NCBI GenBank assembly: GCA_014905635.1 | Contig: JABVCE010000002.1 | Coordinates: 1,364,001 to 1,428,000 of the forward strand | Source: Scenedesmus sp. PABB004 | Lineage: Eukaryota | DNA length: 64,000 nucleotides | Direction: 5' to 3' | In this document: piece by piece, positions 1-11,721 of the stretch | Numbering within the stretch: the stretch's first letter is position 1 | Layout: every line of letters begins with the position of its first letter | Position numbers and translations under genes: made by a program | Notes under the pieces: model-generated | What the model saw: only the letters and a program-made list of their open reading frames with translations | Database searches by the model: none | Told to the model about the DNA's origin: nothing

Positions 1-8
1 CGGCGCAG

Positions 9-1242
9 CTACGACGACCCCTCCATCGCGCTCAACTGCGGCAGCATGTACCGCGACTGCATCCGCGACGAGGCGCTCGCCAGGTGCGCGCGCGCGTCGG
101 CCGGCGCCGCGGGCGCGCGGGCGCTATGGTCGGCGGGCGGCGACGGCGCGCGCGGCGGCGCGCCGACCGCGTGCGGTGCGCCGCGGCAGGCTGGAGCTGT
201 ACGGCGACAACTTCATGGAGTTTTTCCGCCGCGTGGAGGTGGCCAACTTTGAGATCGCGAGCGACGCGTTCTCGTCGTTCAAGGTGCGCCGCCGCCGCCG
301 CCCGCGGCTGCAGGGCCAGCCCTGCGCGCGAGCGCGGACCAGCGCGGCGCGGGCGCAGCGCCCCCGCAGCGGCGGCCTCGCGGGACGCCGCCGCCCCACG
401 CCCGCCCGCCCGCGCGCCCGCCCGCACGCGCCCGGCAGGACCTGCTGACGCGTCACAAGCCCGTGGTCGCGCAGTACCTGCAGGACAACTACGGCCCCTT
501 CTTTGACGCCTTTGCGGGGCTGCTGCAGTCGAGCAACTACGTCACGCGCCGCCAGTCGCTCAAGGCGCGGGGGCGGGCGGGAGGGGTCACGCGGGCGCGC
601 GCACCGCGGCAGCGGCGGCGGCGGCGGGCCCGCCGCCCGCGCGGGCCCGCCCCGACCCCTCCCGCCGCGCCGCGCCGCGCAGCTGCTGGGCGAGCTGCTG
701 CTGGACCGCTCCAACGTGCGGCTGATGATGCGGTACGTGAGCGACGTGAAGAACCTGATGCAGATGATGAACATGCTCAAGGACAGCTCGCGCAGCATCC
801 AGTTTGAGGCCTTCCACGTCTTCAAGGCGCGCCACCGCCGCAGCGCCGCAGCGCAGCGTGCAGCCAGCCGCGCGCGCGGGCCCGCCCGCCCGCCCGCCCG
901 CGCGCGCGCCGCGACGCCGCGCCCTCGCTGCTGCGCTCTGCAGGTGTTTGTCGCAAACCCCAGCAAGCCGCAGGCGATCGTCGACATCCTCACCAACAAC
1001 CGCGACAAGCTGCTCAAGTACCTGGAGGACTTCCACACAGACAGGGGTGCGTGCGAGCTGCACGCCGCCCGCGCCTGCTCCGCTGCGGTGGGACGGGGCG
1101 CCGTGCTGTGGGGACGGCCCCGCGCCGAGACGCGCGGCCGCGCGCGCCGCGCGCCCCCGCGCGCCGCGCAGACGAGGACGAGCAGTTCAAGGAGGAGAAG
1201 GCGGTCATCATCCGGGAGATCTCCCTGCTCGGCCGCGAGGCC

Positions 1243-1276
<34 letters not shown>

Positions 1277-1445
1277 CGCAGCAGGCGCAGCAGGCGCCGG
1301 CGCCGGCGCCGCCGGCGGGCGACCCGCGGCAGGACGCGCCCGCCGCGGCCGCGCGCGCGGGCGACGCGCCCGCGCCCCGGCGGCGACGGCGGCGGCGCCC
1401 GAGCCGGGCGCGGCGGGGCCGCGCAGCAGTGAGGGCGTCAGTTAG
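9..1445 (+). CDS. MO25: MO25/CAB39 (calcium-binding protein 39) family scaffold, 5'-truncated by the window edge, multi-exon
   Basis: Spliced exons read YDDPSIALNCGSMYRDCIRDEALAR / VEVANFEIASDAFSSFK / DLLTRHKPVVAQYLQDNY...SNYVTRRQSLK / LLGELLLDRSN...SIQFEAFHVFK / VFVANPSKP...NNRDKLLKYL / DEDEQFKEEKAVIIREI, all hallmark MO25 segments. The end at TAG 1443-1445 assumes a 1-nt indel near 1375; read literally, the frame runs to 1731. TGTAA at 1777. Confidence 0.95.
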
Positions 1446-2215
1446 CACGCGGCGGGGCGGGGCGGGGGCGGCGGCGGGCGGGGGCGGCAGGCGGCTGCAT
1501 TTCATGGGCGGGGCACGAGCGGGCGGGCGGGCGCGGGGGCGGGCAGCGCAGGCGTCCGGCGGGCCATCCTCTCTAGCAAAACCTAACGCATGTGGGGGGT
1601 GCGGCGGGGGCCGCTTGGTTTGGTTGGACGCCGCGTGCGCGCGCGGGGCGTTGGCGCTGAGCGCGGCCAGGCGCGGCGTGCGGCCGGCGGCGGCGCCGCC
1701 CGCCGCGCCCGCGCCCGGCGCGTGCGCATGATGCTGCCCGCTGCAGCCCCCGCGGCGGCGCACCCAGCGGCGGCCGTGTAAGCAGTCGCGCGCGGGCTAG
1801 AGGCGAGGCGCTTGGCAGCGGCGGTGGCAGCGGCGGCGGCGGCCAGCCGCAACCACCACCCTCCCGCAGTGAGGAGGAGGCGCACGCGGGCGGGGAGAGC
1901 AGACGGCCCGGTGGGCCAGGCGTGACTGCCTCTCAGGCTGCCGCAAGCCCCCCGCCACCCATAGGCCGCGCCGCACGCCCCGCCCGCCCTCTCTGGCGGT
2001 GGCAGGTGTGGTCTGGCGTGGCTCAGCGGAGCCACCAGCCCACAGCCGCCCACGCGCAGGCGCAGCCACCACCCCCAGAGGCCACCGCGCGTTCCCTGGT
2101 CGCCGGGCAGCCTCCCGACCGGCGAGGACCGCGAGGCGGCGCCACCGGACTCGAGGGAGCGCCCGCCGCATCGCCGCGGGACCGTGCGGCGCGGCCGCCG
2201 CCGAGCCACAGAGAC

Positions 2216-5095
2216 ATGGCCCCCGGCCTCGGCGGCCCCAGCGCCGCGCCCGGGCGCCCTGCGCTCGGGCAGGCGCGCCGGGGGGCTTCCGCGGGCCTGG
2301 GCGGCCCCCGGGCCGGCCTGGGCGGCGCGAATTGCGGCCCCGCGCGCCCGCCGGCGCGCCCCCGGCCCGGACGTGGCAGCCGGGCGGTGGCGCCGCGGGC
2401 GGCGCCGTGGGAGGTGATCGAGGAGACCGTGGACGCCGGCGCCGTGTCCCTGGAGGCCCCGGGCGCGCTGCCGGCGGGCCAGTTTGCGGCGCACGACACG
2501 GCCTGGGACATCTGCAGGGAGCTCGAGCTGCTCAACGGCGACATGGCCGCCGCGATCAACGAGACCGAGTCCACGCTGGAGTTCAGCGAGTGGGACGGCT
2601 TCACGCTGCCGGTGCGGCGCCGGGGGCAGCTCCGGGGCGCGCGGCGGCGGGGCTGCTGCTGGCAGCAGCAGCGGCGCGCGCGCGCGCGCGCGCGCGCGCC
2701 ACGCATGCGCGCGTGCCGCTGCACGGCGCGCCCGCGCGCCGCCGCCGGCCGCCGCCTGGTCCAGGTGGCCCCGCACGCATGCATGCGTGCACGCAGCGCA
2801 CGGGGCGGCCGCCCCGTCAGCCGCGCGCGCGCGCACGCACACACGCCAGCGCGCTCACCGCCCGCCCGCCCTCGCTCCCGCCCCGCAGGAGCAAACGCGG
2901 CGCGAGTTCACCAGCATCTACCGCAGCAACCGCAAGGAGGAGGAGCGCGCGCTCAAGGTGGCGCGGCGCATGCGCCGCATGATGCGCCAGGCCGGCGCCG
3001 ACCCCGCAGCCGCAGGCGGCGCGCTGGAGCTGGACGGCGAGCCCGATCCCCCCGCGACGGCGCAGCCCGCGCCCGCGCTGGAGGCGCCGGAGCAGCCCGA
3101 CCTGGCGGAGCGGCGCGCGCGCCGCGCCCGCCAGCGCGCCGAGCGCGGGACCGGCTCGGCCGCGCCCGCGGCGCAGCCCGCGCCCGCGCCGGCGGCGCAG
3201 CCCGCGCCCGCGCCGGCGGCGCAGCCCGCGCCGGCGGCGCAGCAGCCCGCAGCCCGCCAGCAGCCGCTGACGGCGCGGCAGCAGCAGCAGCAGCAGCAGC
3301 AGTCCGCGGTCCTGGCCGCCGAGCAGCGCCGGCGGCGCCGCAGGGCCGGCTCGACGGCGGCCGTCGCGCCGGCGGGCCTCGACGGCGGCGCGGCGGCCGA
3401 CTGGGCGGGGCCGGCGAGCCCGCTCCCGGCGGCGGCGGACGCAGTGGCGGAGCAGCCCTTTGCTGCGGCCGCTGCGACGGCGCCCCTCGCCGTGGCGGCG
3501 GCCCCCGCCGCGGCCAGCACGGCGCCGGCGGGCCTCGCGGCTCCCACCGCCAGCGGCGCCGGCGCCCTCGCGCCGGCGCGCCGCAGCAGCGCGGCCGCCA
3601 GCAGCAGCACCGCAGCGGCGGCGCCGCGGCTGGGCTTTGCGCCGCTTGCGCTGGACGTGCCCCGCGCGGCCGTGCCCGCGCGCGCCGCGGCGGCGGCCTC
3701 GCGCCGCGCGGTGCGCGCGGCGGGCATCGGCGCCGCGCGCGGCGGCCGCGCGTCCAGCGCGGCGGCCGCCGCCGCCACCGCCGCGCCCGTCGCGCCCAGC
3801 GCTGGCGCCGGCAAGCTGGCGGACAACAACATTAACGGCCTGGTGCGTGCGCCCGCGCCCGCCGCCGCCCGCGGTCGCCTGCCGCCCGCCGGGCGCGTCG
3901 CGCGCGGCCCGCTCACTGCCGCGCGCTGCCCCGCCCGCCCGCAGGACATGCGCGTGGAGCTGCTGTCGGCGGAGCAGGAGAAGGAGCTGGCGGTGATGGT
4001 GCAGGACCTGCTGCGCCTCGAGGCGGCCGCGCACGAGCTCGCGGCGTCGCTCGGCCGCGCGCCGACGGAGGCCGAGTGGATGGCCGCGGCCGGCGCGGCG
4101 CCGCCGCCCGGCGGCGACGCGCGGTCCGCGGCGAGCGCGTTCCAGGCGCGCCTGCAGCACGGCCGCGCGGCCAAGCAGGTCATGATCAGCGCCAACTACA
4201 AGCTCGTTGTCTCCATCTGCCGCAAGTACCAGGGCTACGGCATGGCGCTGGGCGACCTCATCAACGAGGGCATCGCGGGCCTCGTGCGCGGCGTGGAGCG
4301 CTTTGAGCCGAGCAAGGGCTGCAAGTTCTCGACCTACGCGCACTGGTGGATCCGCCAGGCCGTCACGCGCTCGCTCAGCGAGCAGGGGCGCCTCGTCAGG
4401 TGCGGGCGCCGCCCCGCCGCCGGCGCGCCGCCGCCGCGCCGGCGCCCTGCCGACCGCTGACCCCGCCGCGCCGCGCCGCGCTGCCGCAGGCTGCCGAGCC
4501 ACCTGCAGGAGATGCTGACCAAGATGACCAAGATCTCCCGCGCGCACGAGGCGCAGTACGGGCGCGAGCCGAGCCTCGCGGAGCTCGCGGCCGAGCTGGG
4601 CGTCGAGCCGGGCAAGATCAGCGACGCGTACGACGCCGTGTTCACGCCGCGCAGCCTCGACGCGCCCATGAACGACGGCGAGGGCGCGACGCTGGGCGAC
4701 GTCGTCGAGGTGCGGCGGCGGGGCGCGGGCGCGCAGCTGCGCGCGCCGCCGCGCTGCGCGGCGGCACCGCCCCGCCCGGCCGCTGCGCGCGCCCGCGCCC
4801 ACGCGGCCGCCCCCGCGCGCCGCGGCCGCGCAGGACGAGCGCATGGTGGGCGCGGAGGAGTCTGCGTACGTGGACAGCCTGAAGCACGACCTCGAGGGCG
4901 TGCTCGCGGGCCTGCCGGCGCGCGAGGCGGGCGTGCTGCGCATGCGCTTTGGCCTCGCCGACGGCACGGAGCACACGCTGGACGACATCGGCGCGCAGTA
5001 CAATGTGCGCGCCCGCGCCGCGCCGCGCCGCGCGGCGCGGCTCGAGGGCGGCGGCGCCCAGCGCTGACCGTCGCCTCGACGCGCGCGCGCAGGTC

Positions 5096-5131
<36 letters not shown>

Positions 5132-5254
5132 ATCCGCCAGCTGCGCGCGCGGCAGCTGCAGCCGGGCAGCGTGATCGCCGACTATCAGGGCGGCGACGGC
5201 GCGGCGAAGCAGCTCGCGAGCCGCACCTCGAGCGGCACCAGGAAGCAGGCCTGA
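2216..5254 (+). CDS. SIG1: Nucleus-encoded plastid RNA polymerase sigma-70 factor (RpoD/SIG1-like), 6 exons
   Basis: Transit-peptide-like N-terminus. Region 1.2 (ELLSAEQEKELA), region 2 (MISANYKLVVSICRKYQGYGMALGDLINEGIAGLVRGVERFEPSKGCKFSTYAHWWIRQAVTRSL), region 3 (GREPSLAELAAELG, SLDAPM) and region 4 (REAGVLRMRFGL...TLDDIGAQYN/VTRERIRQIEAKAIRQLR) are joined by GT-AG introns. Confidence 0.95.
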
Positions 5255-5702
5255 GCGCCCCCGCCGCGCTCGGCGCGGCGCGGATTCGCGCGCACGCGCG
5301 AGTGTGCGGGATGGCGGCGGCGGCGGCGCATTGCCGCCCGCGCAGCGGCAGCAACAGCAGCAGCGGCGGGGGGAGGGGGCGACGGGCGGGGCTGCGCCGG
5401 GGGCGCGCGGCACATGTTGGCCCGCACGACTGTGCGGCGGCCAGAACATTTTTGCGCGGAGTTCAGACAGACACACACATCTGGAATTGCAGCTGTCGGG
5501 CTTTTTCGGTGCGGCGCGGCCGCGGGCTATAGCGTTGCCGGGGCGTGTCAGTGCGCTGGCGGCTCGCCGCGCGTCTGTGTGAGGCCTCGAGCCGGGGCTG
5601 ATGGGTAACGAGAACCTCGGACGTCGAGCGCGGCAGCACGTTTACCGCCGCGCCCAGGCCGCATGCGCGCCGCGCTGTGCCGCCGCCGCCGCCGCCCCTC
5701 GC

Positions 5703-8700
5703 TCACAAGAGCACCGGCCACCCGCGCTTGTCCGTGAGGCTGCTGTTCTGGAACTCACTGATCAGCGCGGCGCGGCCCTGGATGCTGCTGTAGCTGACGG
5801 AGCACACCTTGTCGCTCTCGCAATTGCCCAACGCTTGCCACGGAAGCGCTCCACGAACGGCGGGATGAGGTTGGGTGCGAGCATGTTGATGAACGCGTAG
5901 CCGACGTTGCACTTCCTCTCAATGTCAATCGGCAAGAAGAAGAAGTCAAACGTGCCCTTGCACTGCTCCTCGATCGTGCCGAGCAGCATCTGCTGGGTGA
6001 AGTTGAAGGGGACGTTCTTGATCAGCAGCGTCGTGCGCCTGTCCTCGCCGCTGAGGATGCGGTCGACGTCAAGGGCATACAGCTGGCTGCGCCTTGCGGT
6101 GCGCCTCGACCGCGCCGTCGGCTCCGCTTGCAGCTGCAGCGCGCCGAGGCCGTGCTGCTGCGCCTGGCGCTGGTGCTGCTCCCAGGCCTGTTGCTGCTGC
6201 TGCTGCAGCAGCTGGTTCTGCTGCAGCTGGTTCTGCTGCAGCTGGTGCTGCTGCAGTTGGTGCTGCTGCTGCAGCAGCTGGTTCAGCTGCAGCTGGTGCT
6301 GCTCCCAGGCCTGTTGCTGTAGCCAGCCGCCTGGGCCCGAGCTGCGCTGCCACGGCCCCTGCGGCGTCGGCGCCGGCGGCGTGCCGCCGCCGCCAGCCAG
6401 CGTCGGCGCGCCAGGCCACCGCTGCGCCGGCGGGCGGAGCGGCTGCTGGTGCGCGTCGCTGGGCCGGCTCGCCGAGCCCCCCGCGCCCCAGCCCGACGCG
6501 CCGCCGCCTGCCGCGGCGGCCGCCGGCGGCCCGTGCGGCTGCAGGTCCTGCTGCTGCGCCTGCTGCCGCTGCTGCCCGCCGCCTGGGCCCGAGCTGCGCT
6601 GCCACGGCCCCTGCGGCGTCGGCGCCGGCGGCGTGCCGCCGCCGCCAGCCAGCGTCGGCGCGCCAGGCCGCTGCTGCGCCGGCCGCCGCTGCGCCGGCGG
6701 GCTGAGCGGCTGCTGGTGCTGCGGAGTCAGCCGCGGCGTCTTTAGCGTCGGCGTGGCACAGCTCCGGAGCAGCGCACGCCGGATCTGGTGCGCCGCGCCA
6801 GAGTCGCAGTCGCTGCCGCTGCCGCTGCCGCTGCCGCTGCCGCTGCTGTCGTCTTCTGAGCTGCAGTTGCCGCTGCCGAGGTCGTCTGAGATGCAGTCGT
6901 CGCTGCCGCTGCCGCTGGCGGCGGGTGCAGCAGCGGCGGCGCAGCTGAGCGTAGCCTTGGGCCGCGCCCGCCCGCGCCGATCGCCAGCCGCCAGGCGCTG
7001 CGTAGGCCGCTTGGGCGTGCCGCTGGGGCGCCGCGCAAGGCGTACGATGTGTGTCACCGCGCGCTCAGTGTGCCGCAGCACGGCCAGCTGCTCGCTGAGC
7101 GCCTGCTGGAGCGCACAGATGTGCAGCAGCGCTTGATGCGCGTCGTACACACCGAACGCGCAGCGCGACACTGCGAACTGCCAGGTGGCGGCTGCCAGCA
7201 GGTCCGCGGCGCCGACCGGGCTGCCGGCGAGCGCCGCGGGCGCGAGCACCTGCGCGACAGCGGCCAGGCTGCGCAGCAGCAGGCCCAGCGCCAGCACGGG
7301 CAGGGCGGGCGCTGGGCCCTCCGCGCCAGGCAGCTCGCTCCAGCGCTCGAGGGCCGCTTGCAGCAGCTCGGCGGCGTGCGCGGCGACCTGCGTGCGCTGC
7401 CCGTCCACGTGCTGCTGCAGGGCGTCCAGGGGCTGCGGCCGGCTGCCCAGCTCCCCCAGCATGCGCGCTGCGCTCGCGAGCCACTCCAGCTCGCCGGCCG
7501 CGCTGACCGCGTACCTCGTGACTGCGGCGAGGTCCCAGCTGCCGGCGTCGGCCCTGCGCTTGTCGCCCATGCTCCGGTTCTCCTTCGCAGAGCGCAGCAG
7601 CTCGCCCAGGCGCCGCAGCGCCTCGTGCTCGTCGGGCGCGGGCTGCAGCGTGATGTGCAGTGCCGGCAGGCTCAACGCCAGCACAGGCACCACTGCATCT
7701 GCTGCTGGCTGGGCGCGCGCCGCGCCGGGCACGCCGCCGGCGCTGGGCGGCGCCGAGCGCGCGCTCTCCCGCAGACCGCGCAGCAGCCACAGGGGCGGCA
7801 CGCCTGCCAGCGCGCGCTCCAGCGAGCTGTCGTCCAGCGCCGCGCTGCCATCGAGCGCCGAGGCCGGGTCGCACCGCCAGCGCGCGACGTTCAGCCACGC
7901 CAGCGCATGCGCGCGGTCCCTGAGCGCGGCCGCGGCGACGCCGGCGCCCTGCGGAGAGACCGCCACGGCCACACCCGCGTCCGACAGCTGCGCGAGCGCG
8001 GCGACACTCAGCACGCCCTGCGGCAGGGGCGCGCAGCATGCGGTTGGTGAGGAGGGGTGTGGATCAAGCTGGGCTCGCAGCCGGCGCCGTCGGTCGCGCA
8101 GCCGCCGCGACGTACCGGCTGCAGCGCGGGGTGCGTGTCGAGCATGTGGTACACCGCCGGCACCGCCTGCACCCTGGCGGCGAGGGCCAGCAGCGCGGCC
8201 AGCAGCGCTCCCGCATCGTCGGCGGCCGAGTGCGTCTGCGCGGCGGCAGTCACAGCCGGCGGCGGGCAGGGTTGGCGTCAAACGCCACTGCTGCTGGTGC
8301 CCCTGCGGTTCCCCCCCCCCCCCCCCACCTGTGAAAAGGCAAAGTCGCCGGTGAAGATCTGCACCGCCTGCGCCAGCGTGTAGCTGGGCGCGCCGCCCGC
8401 CAGCGCCTGCACCTCGGCCAGGCTGAAGAGGCTGCGCACGAGCGTCATCAGGTTCAGCCCGCCGTGCAGGCTCTGCGCGCCGCTCCCGAGCGCGGCCCAG
8501 TCCGTCGAGGGCGCTGCCTGCAGCACGCGCAGCTGCTGCGCGTCCGCGAGCGCGCGCACGAACGACGGGTCGGTGCTCGGCGGCGCGGCGGCAGCGGCGA
8601 CGGCCTGTGTGGGCGGGGCAGCCGCGGCGATGTCAGAGCTGGCACCGAGGCGCCCTGGGGGCGGGGGGGGGGGCATCCGCACCTTGGTTATGTGCTCGTA

Positions 8701-10118
8701 GTCGACCGTCCCATAGGCAATGCAGATGCGGTCGGCGGTGATGGGCAGCACCAGCTCCACCGCCGTGGCCAGCGTGTCGGCGCCGGTCGTGCTGGCGTCG
8801 TCGCACGCGCCGCGCATGACGCCCAGTGTGCTGCCCTGGAAGATCTGCATGACGCCCCGCTTGTGCAGGTTGAACGCGCGCGCCATGAAGCCCGGCTCCA
8901 GCGGCGCCGTGCGCAGGCCGACGAGGTCGACCACCTCGCCCAGCCGCTGCTGCTCGCCAAACTGCAGCTGCAGGGAGCCCGCCAGCCGCTCCACGCGCGT
9001 GTCGCCGTCCAGCGCGCCGCCCAGGAGGTGCAGCAGGGCCGGCTGCAGCACGCTGCGCACGACGACGTTGCACCGCGCGTCAGCGATCGAGGGCAGGGCG
9101 GGCGGGCGCGCTGGGCCAAGCCAATGGCGACAAGCCAATTGCCGCGCTGAGCGCAGCCGTGGCCTGCGGGCGCTCGCGGCGGTGCACGCACTCGTCGTGG
9201 CGCAGCCGACGTTGAGCACGGTCCCCAGGATGGCCGCACGCGCCTCGCCTCGCCGCGGTGTGCAGAACTCCAGGTCCAGCGCGGCCACGCGCCGCTGGAT
9301 GGCCTCCAGTGTGAGCAGCAGCAGCTGCAGCAGCGCCGACAGGCCGGGCTTGCCGACGGCGAGTTTGGCCAGGGCTGCGTGGCGGCGGCGGCGGGGACTC
9401 GGCAGGCGGCGGCGGCCGTGGCGGCCGCGGCGGGGCGGCAAGCGGGCGGCGCACCCTTGAGGATGCGCAGGAGGAAGTCGTCGTCATGGTGGAGAGCGTG
9501 GGACAGGCTGCGCAGGCCCTCGTCGCTGGCCGTGGGCTTGCGCTCACGCTTGGGCGCGGGCAGCGCCGCTGCCGCGGCTGTCGGCGCCGCCGCCGGGCTG
9601 CCGCTGCGCAGCGCCGCCTGCGCGGCCAGCACCGCGCCGCCGTGGGGGCGGGCGCGAGCCGCCGGCGCGGCGCCGCTGCTCGCGGCGGGCCGCCCGCCGC
9701 CGTCGTGGGGGTGGGCGCGAGCCGCCGGCGCGCCGCCGCTGCTCGCGGCGGGCCGCTCGCCACCGGCGCTGCTCGCGGCGGGCCGCCCGCCGCCGGCGCC
9801 ACCGCTGCTCATGGCGGGCCGCCCGGCGCTGCAGCTGAGCAGCTCGAAGCCGTCTGCTTGGGCGTGGTGCGAGCACAGCTGAGGCCGGTGTGGGCCGACA
9901 ATCTTGTTCTGCTGCGCCGCGCGGGGGCAACCGTCCGCGCTGCAGCCCCCGCGGCGCTGCAGCGTCGACATGTCGATCTCCAGCTCGTCCACGCAGGCTC
10001 CGCAATACGTGTAGGCGGTGCCGTGCGGCGGCGCCGTCCAGCTGCCGCCGACCAGCAGGCGCCGGCGAAAGATCGCCCGATTGCTGCAGCCGTCGCGGAC
10101 GCACGTTCTCCCGCCCAT
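5703..10118 (-). CDS. Multidomain protein: Cys/His zinc-finger-like repeats + DEDDh 3'-5' exonuclease + Q/P-rich linker + Mei2-like C-terminal RRM (RRM3); 1-nt frameshift near 5828
   Basis: Exons 10118-9455, 9374-8329 (with probable in-frame introns), 8235-8116 and 8017-5703 join in frame via GT-AG introns. Motifs: VAALDLEFC (ExoI DxE), IAYGTVDY (ExoII), FSQ|THSAADDA (ExoIII HxAxxD), and EDRRTTLLIKNVPFNFTQQML...FDFFFLPIDIERKCNVGYAFINM...SIQGRAALISEFQNSSL (Mei2 RRM3). Confidence 0.72.
6326..6669. repeat. Internal 92-bp identical direct repeat (6326-6417 and 6578-6669) within the exonuclease-Mei2 gene
   Basis: Both copies encode PGAPTLAGGGGTPPAPTPQGPWQRSSGPGG; the offset is 252 nt (in frame). 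Confidence 0.9.
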
Positions 10119-11150
10119 CGCGCCCAAGGATGGAGCCCGGCGCCCGCGCGGGATGGAGTGGGAGTGGGACCGCGCGGCTGTGGGGCGGACGAGCTGGCAG
10201 GGCGCGGTACTGGCATTATCTGGCGACAGTTGCTGCTGCTCGCGGCGCTCCAGCACGGTTCGTTTCTGCTGCTCGCGGGTTTCGTCATTTACAGAAATTG
10301 CAGGCTCGCTGAGCGCTCGCTCAGCGCTCGCTCGCTGAGCGAGCGTGGGCCTTGCACACGCCATGTTCACATGTTCACAGTGCTGTGGGTCGAAGGAACT
10401 CTTCAGAGAGAGGGATAAAGGTCGGGCGGCGGCGCGCCCCCCCGGGCGGCCGCCGCCGGGCGCCCGGCAGTGGGGCCCGGCAGCGGCCTCGTCGAGAGCA
10501 ATGGGAAGGAACGGAAGGCGGCAAAAAGCAGCGGCAAGGCGCCAGCTGCGCGCCCTGCGGGCCGAGCCTTGTTCCACCAGAGCGTGCTGGGGGCGCGTCC
10601 CGCCGGCAGGCATCCCGTGCGCGCGCGGGCGCCCGCTCCCCGTCGCGTCGCGCGGGAGGGGGCGCCCGCGCCGCGCCGTGCTGCAGGGTGTGCGCGCGCG
10701 CCGCCGGAGCCGGTGGCGCCGCTGCGCACGCGCACACGCCAGTGCAATGTTATGAGAGCGTCGCGCGCAGCCGCGCGCGCCCGCGGCGCGCCACGCGTGG
10801 CACTGCCAGCCGCGGCGCGCGCCCTGCTGCGTACTTGTACACCGCTTATTTCAGCGGGGCATCATCATCAACATCCACGCCGCCCGGCCCGTCCGCAGGC
10901 CGCCGCCGCGGCGGCGGCGGCGGCGCGCCGCCCTGGCGCGCCGCCGCCCGCCGCCGCGCGCCCAGCGCGGCCCCGCCCGCAGCGCAGACATCGCTGTCAG
11001 CACCTGTGCAACAGTGATCCTGCGCTGACGACGCCAATGCCTGCCAGCCAGCCAGATACCCCAGGCGGCGCGCACCCCACGCGGTGGCGCGGGGGCGCCG
11101 CCGCCGCCGCCGCCGCTGCTGCTGCTGCGGCGCCGTGGCGGCGCGCGCGG

Positions 11151-11721
11151 CTAGTGCTGCTGGGTGTACCGGAAGTCGAGGCGCGCGGCGTTGCCGAAGC
11201 GGTTCTGCATCATTGGCCGGAACAGCTCCTCCGCGACGCAGGGGATCACCGAGTCCATCGCGTCCTCTGCGCGGGCGGCGCGGCGAGTGAGCACGGCGAG
11301 TGAGCGCGAGCGCGCTGCTCCGACGCCGCGCGCCGATCGCCGCCGCGCCGATCGCCGGCGGCCGGCGCCGGGCCGCCCGCTGCGGGGCTGCCCGCTGCCG
11401 GGCGCCCGCGGGCGGGGCGAATGCGGGGCGCGTGCGCGGGCCCGACCCGCGGGATGCTGCGAAGCTGCACCCCCCGCGGCCCGGCGCGCGGCGGCCCTCG
11501 TGGCGCTCACCGGTCTTGGAGAGCGTGAACTTGACGCCGCGCTGCGCGTCGGCGTGCGAGGGGCGCCGCTCTCGCGAGGTGTGCGAGGGCGTGCGCGGGG
11601 GCAGGCCGAACAGGTGGCTGCTCCACATGCTCGCCAGCGGCCCGGCCAGGCTGCGGTCCAGCAGGCCTATCGTCCGCCGCGCGTCGCTGGCCTCCGTCCC
11701 AGGGCTGGGCGCGCTCGCCAT
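11151..11721 (-). CDS. Small two-exon hypothetical protein (about 108 aa)
   Basis: Exon 11721-11511 (MASAPSPG...GVKFTLSKT) splices via a phase-1 GTGAGC...CAG intron to exon 11266-11151 (EDAMDSVIPCVAEELFRPMMQNRFGNAARLDFRYTQQH*). The frame is preserved and codons look coding-like. No family recognised. Confidence 0.6.

Noticed and set aside
2216..5254. Bacterial contamination or recent HGT suggested by sigma-70, FabZ, Fpg and folK-folP
   Set aside because: All have spliceosomal introns and host-like codons, most have organelle-targeting-like N-termini, and all are standard green-lineage nuclear genes.
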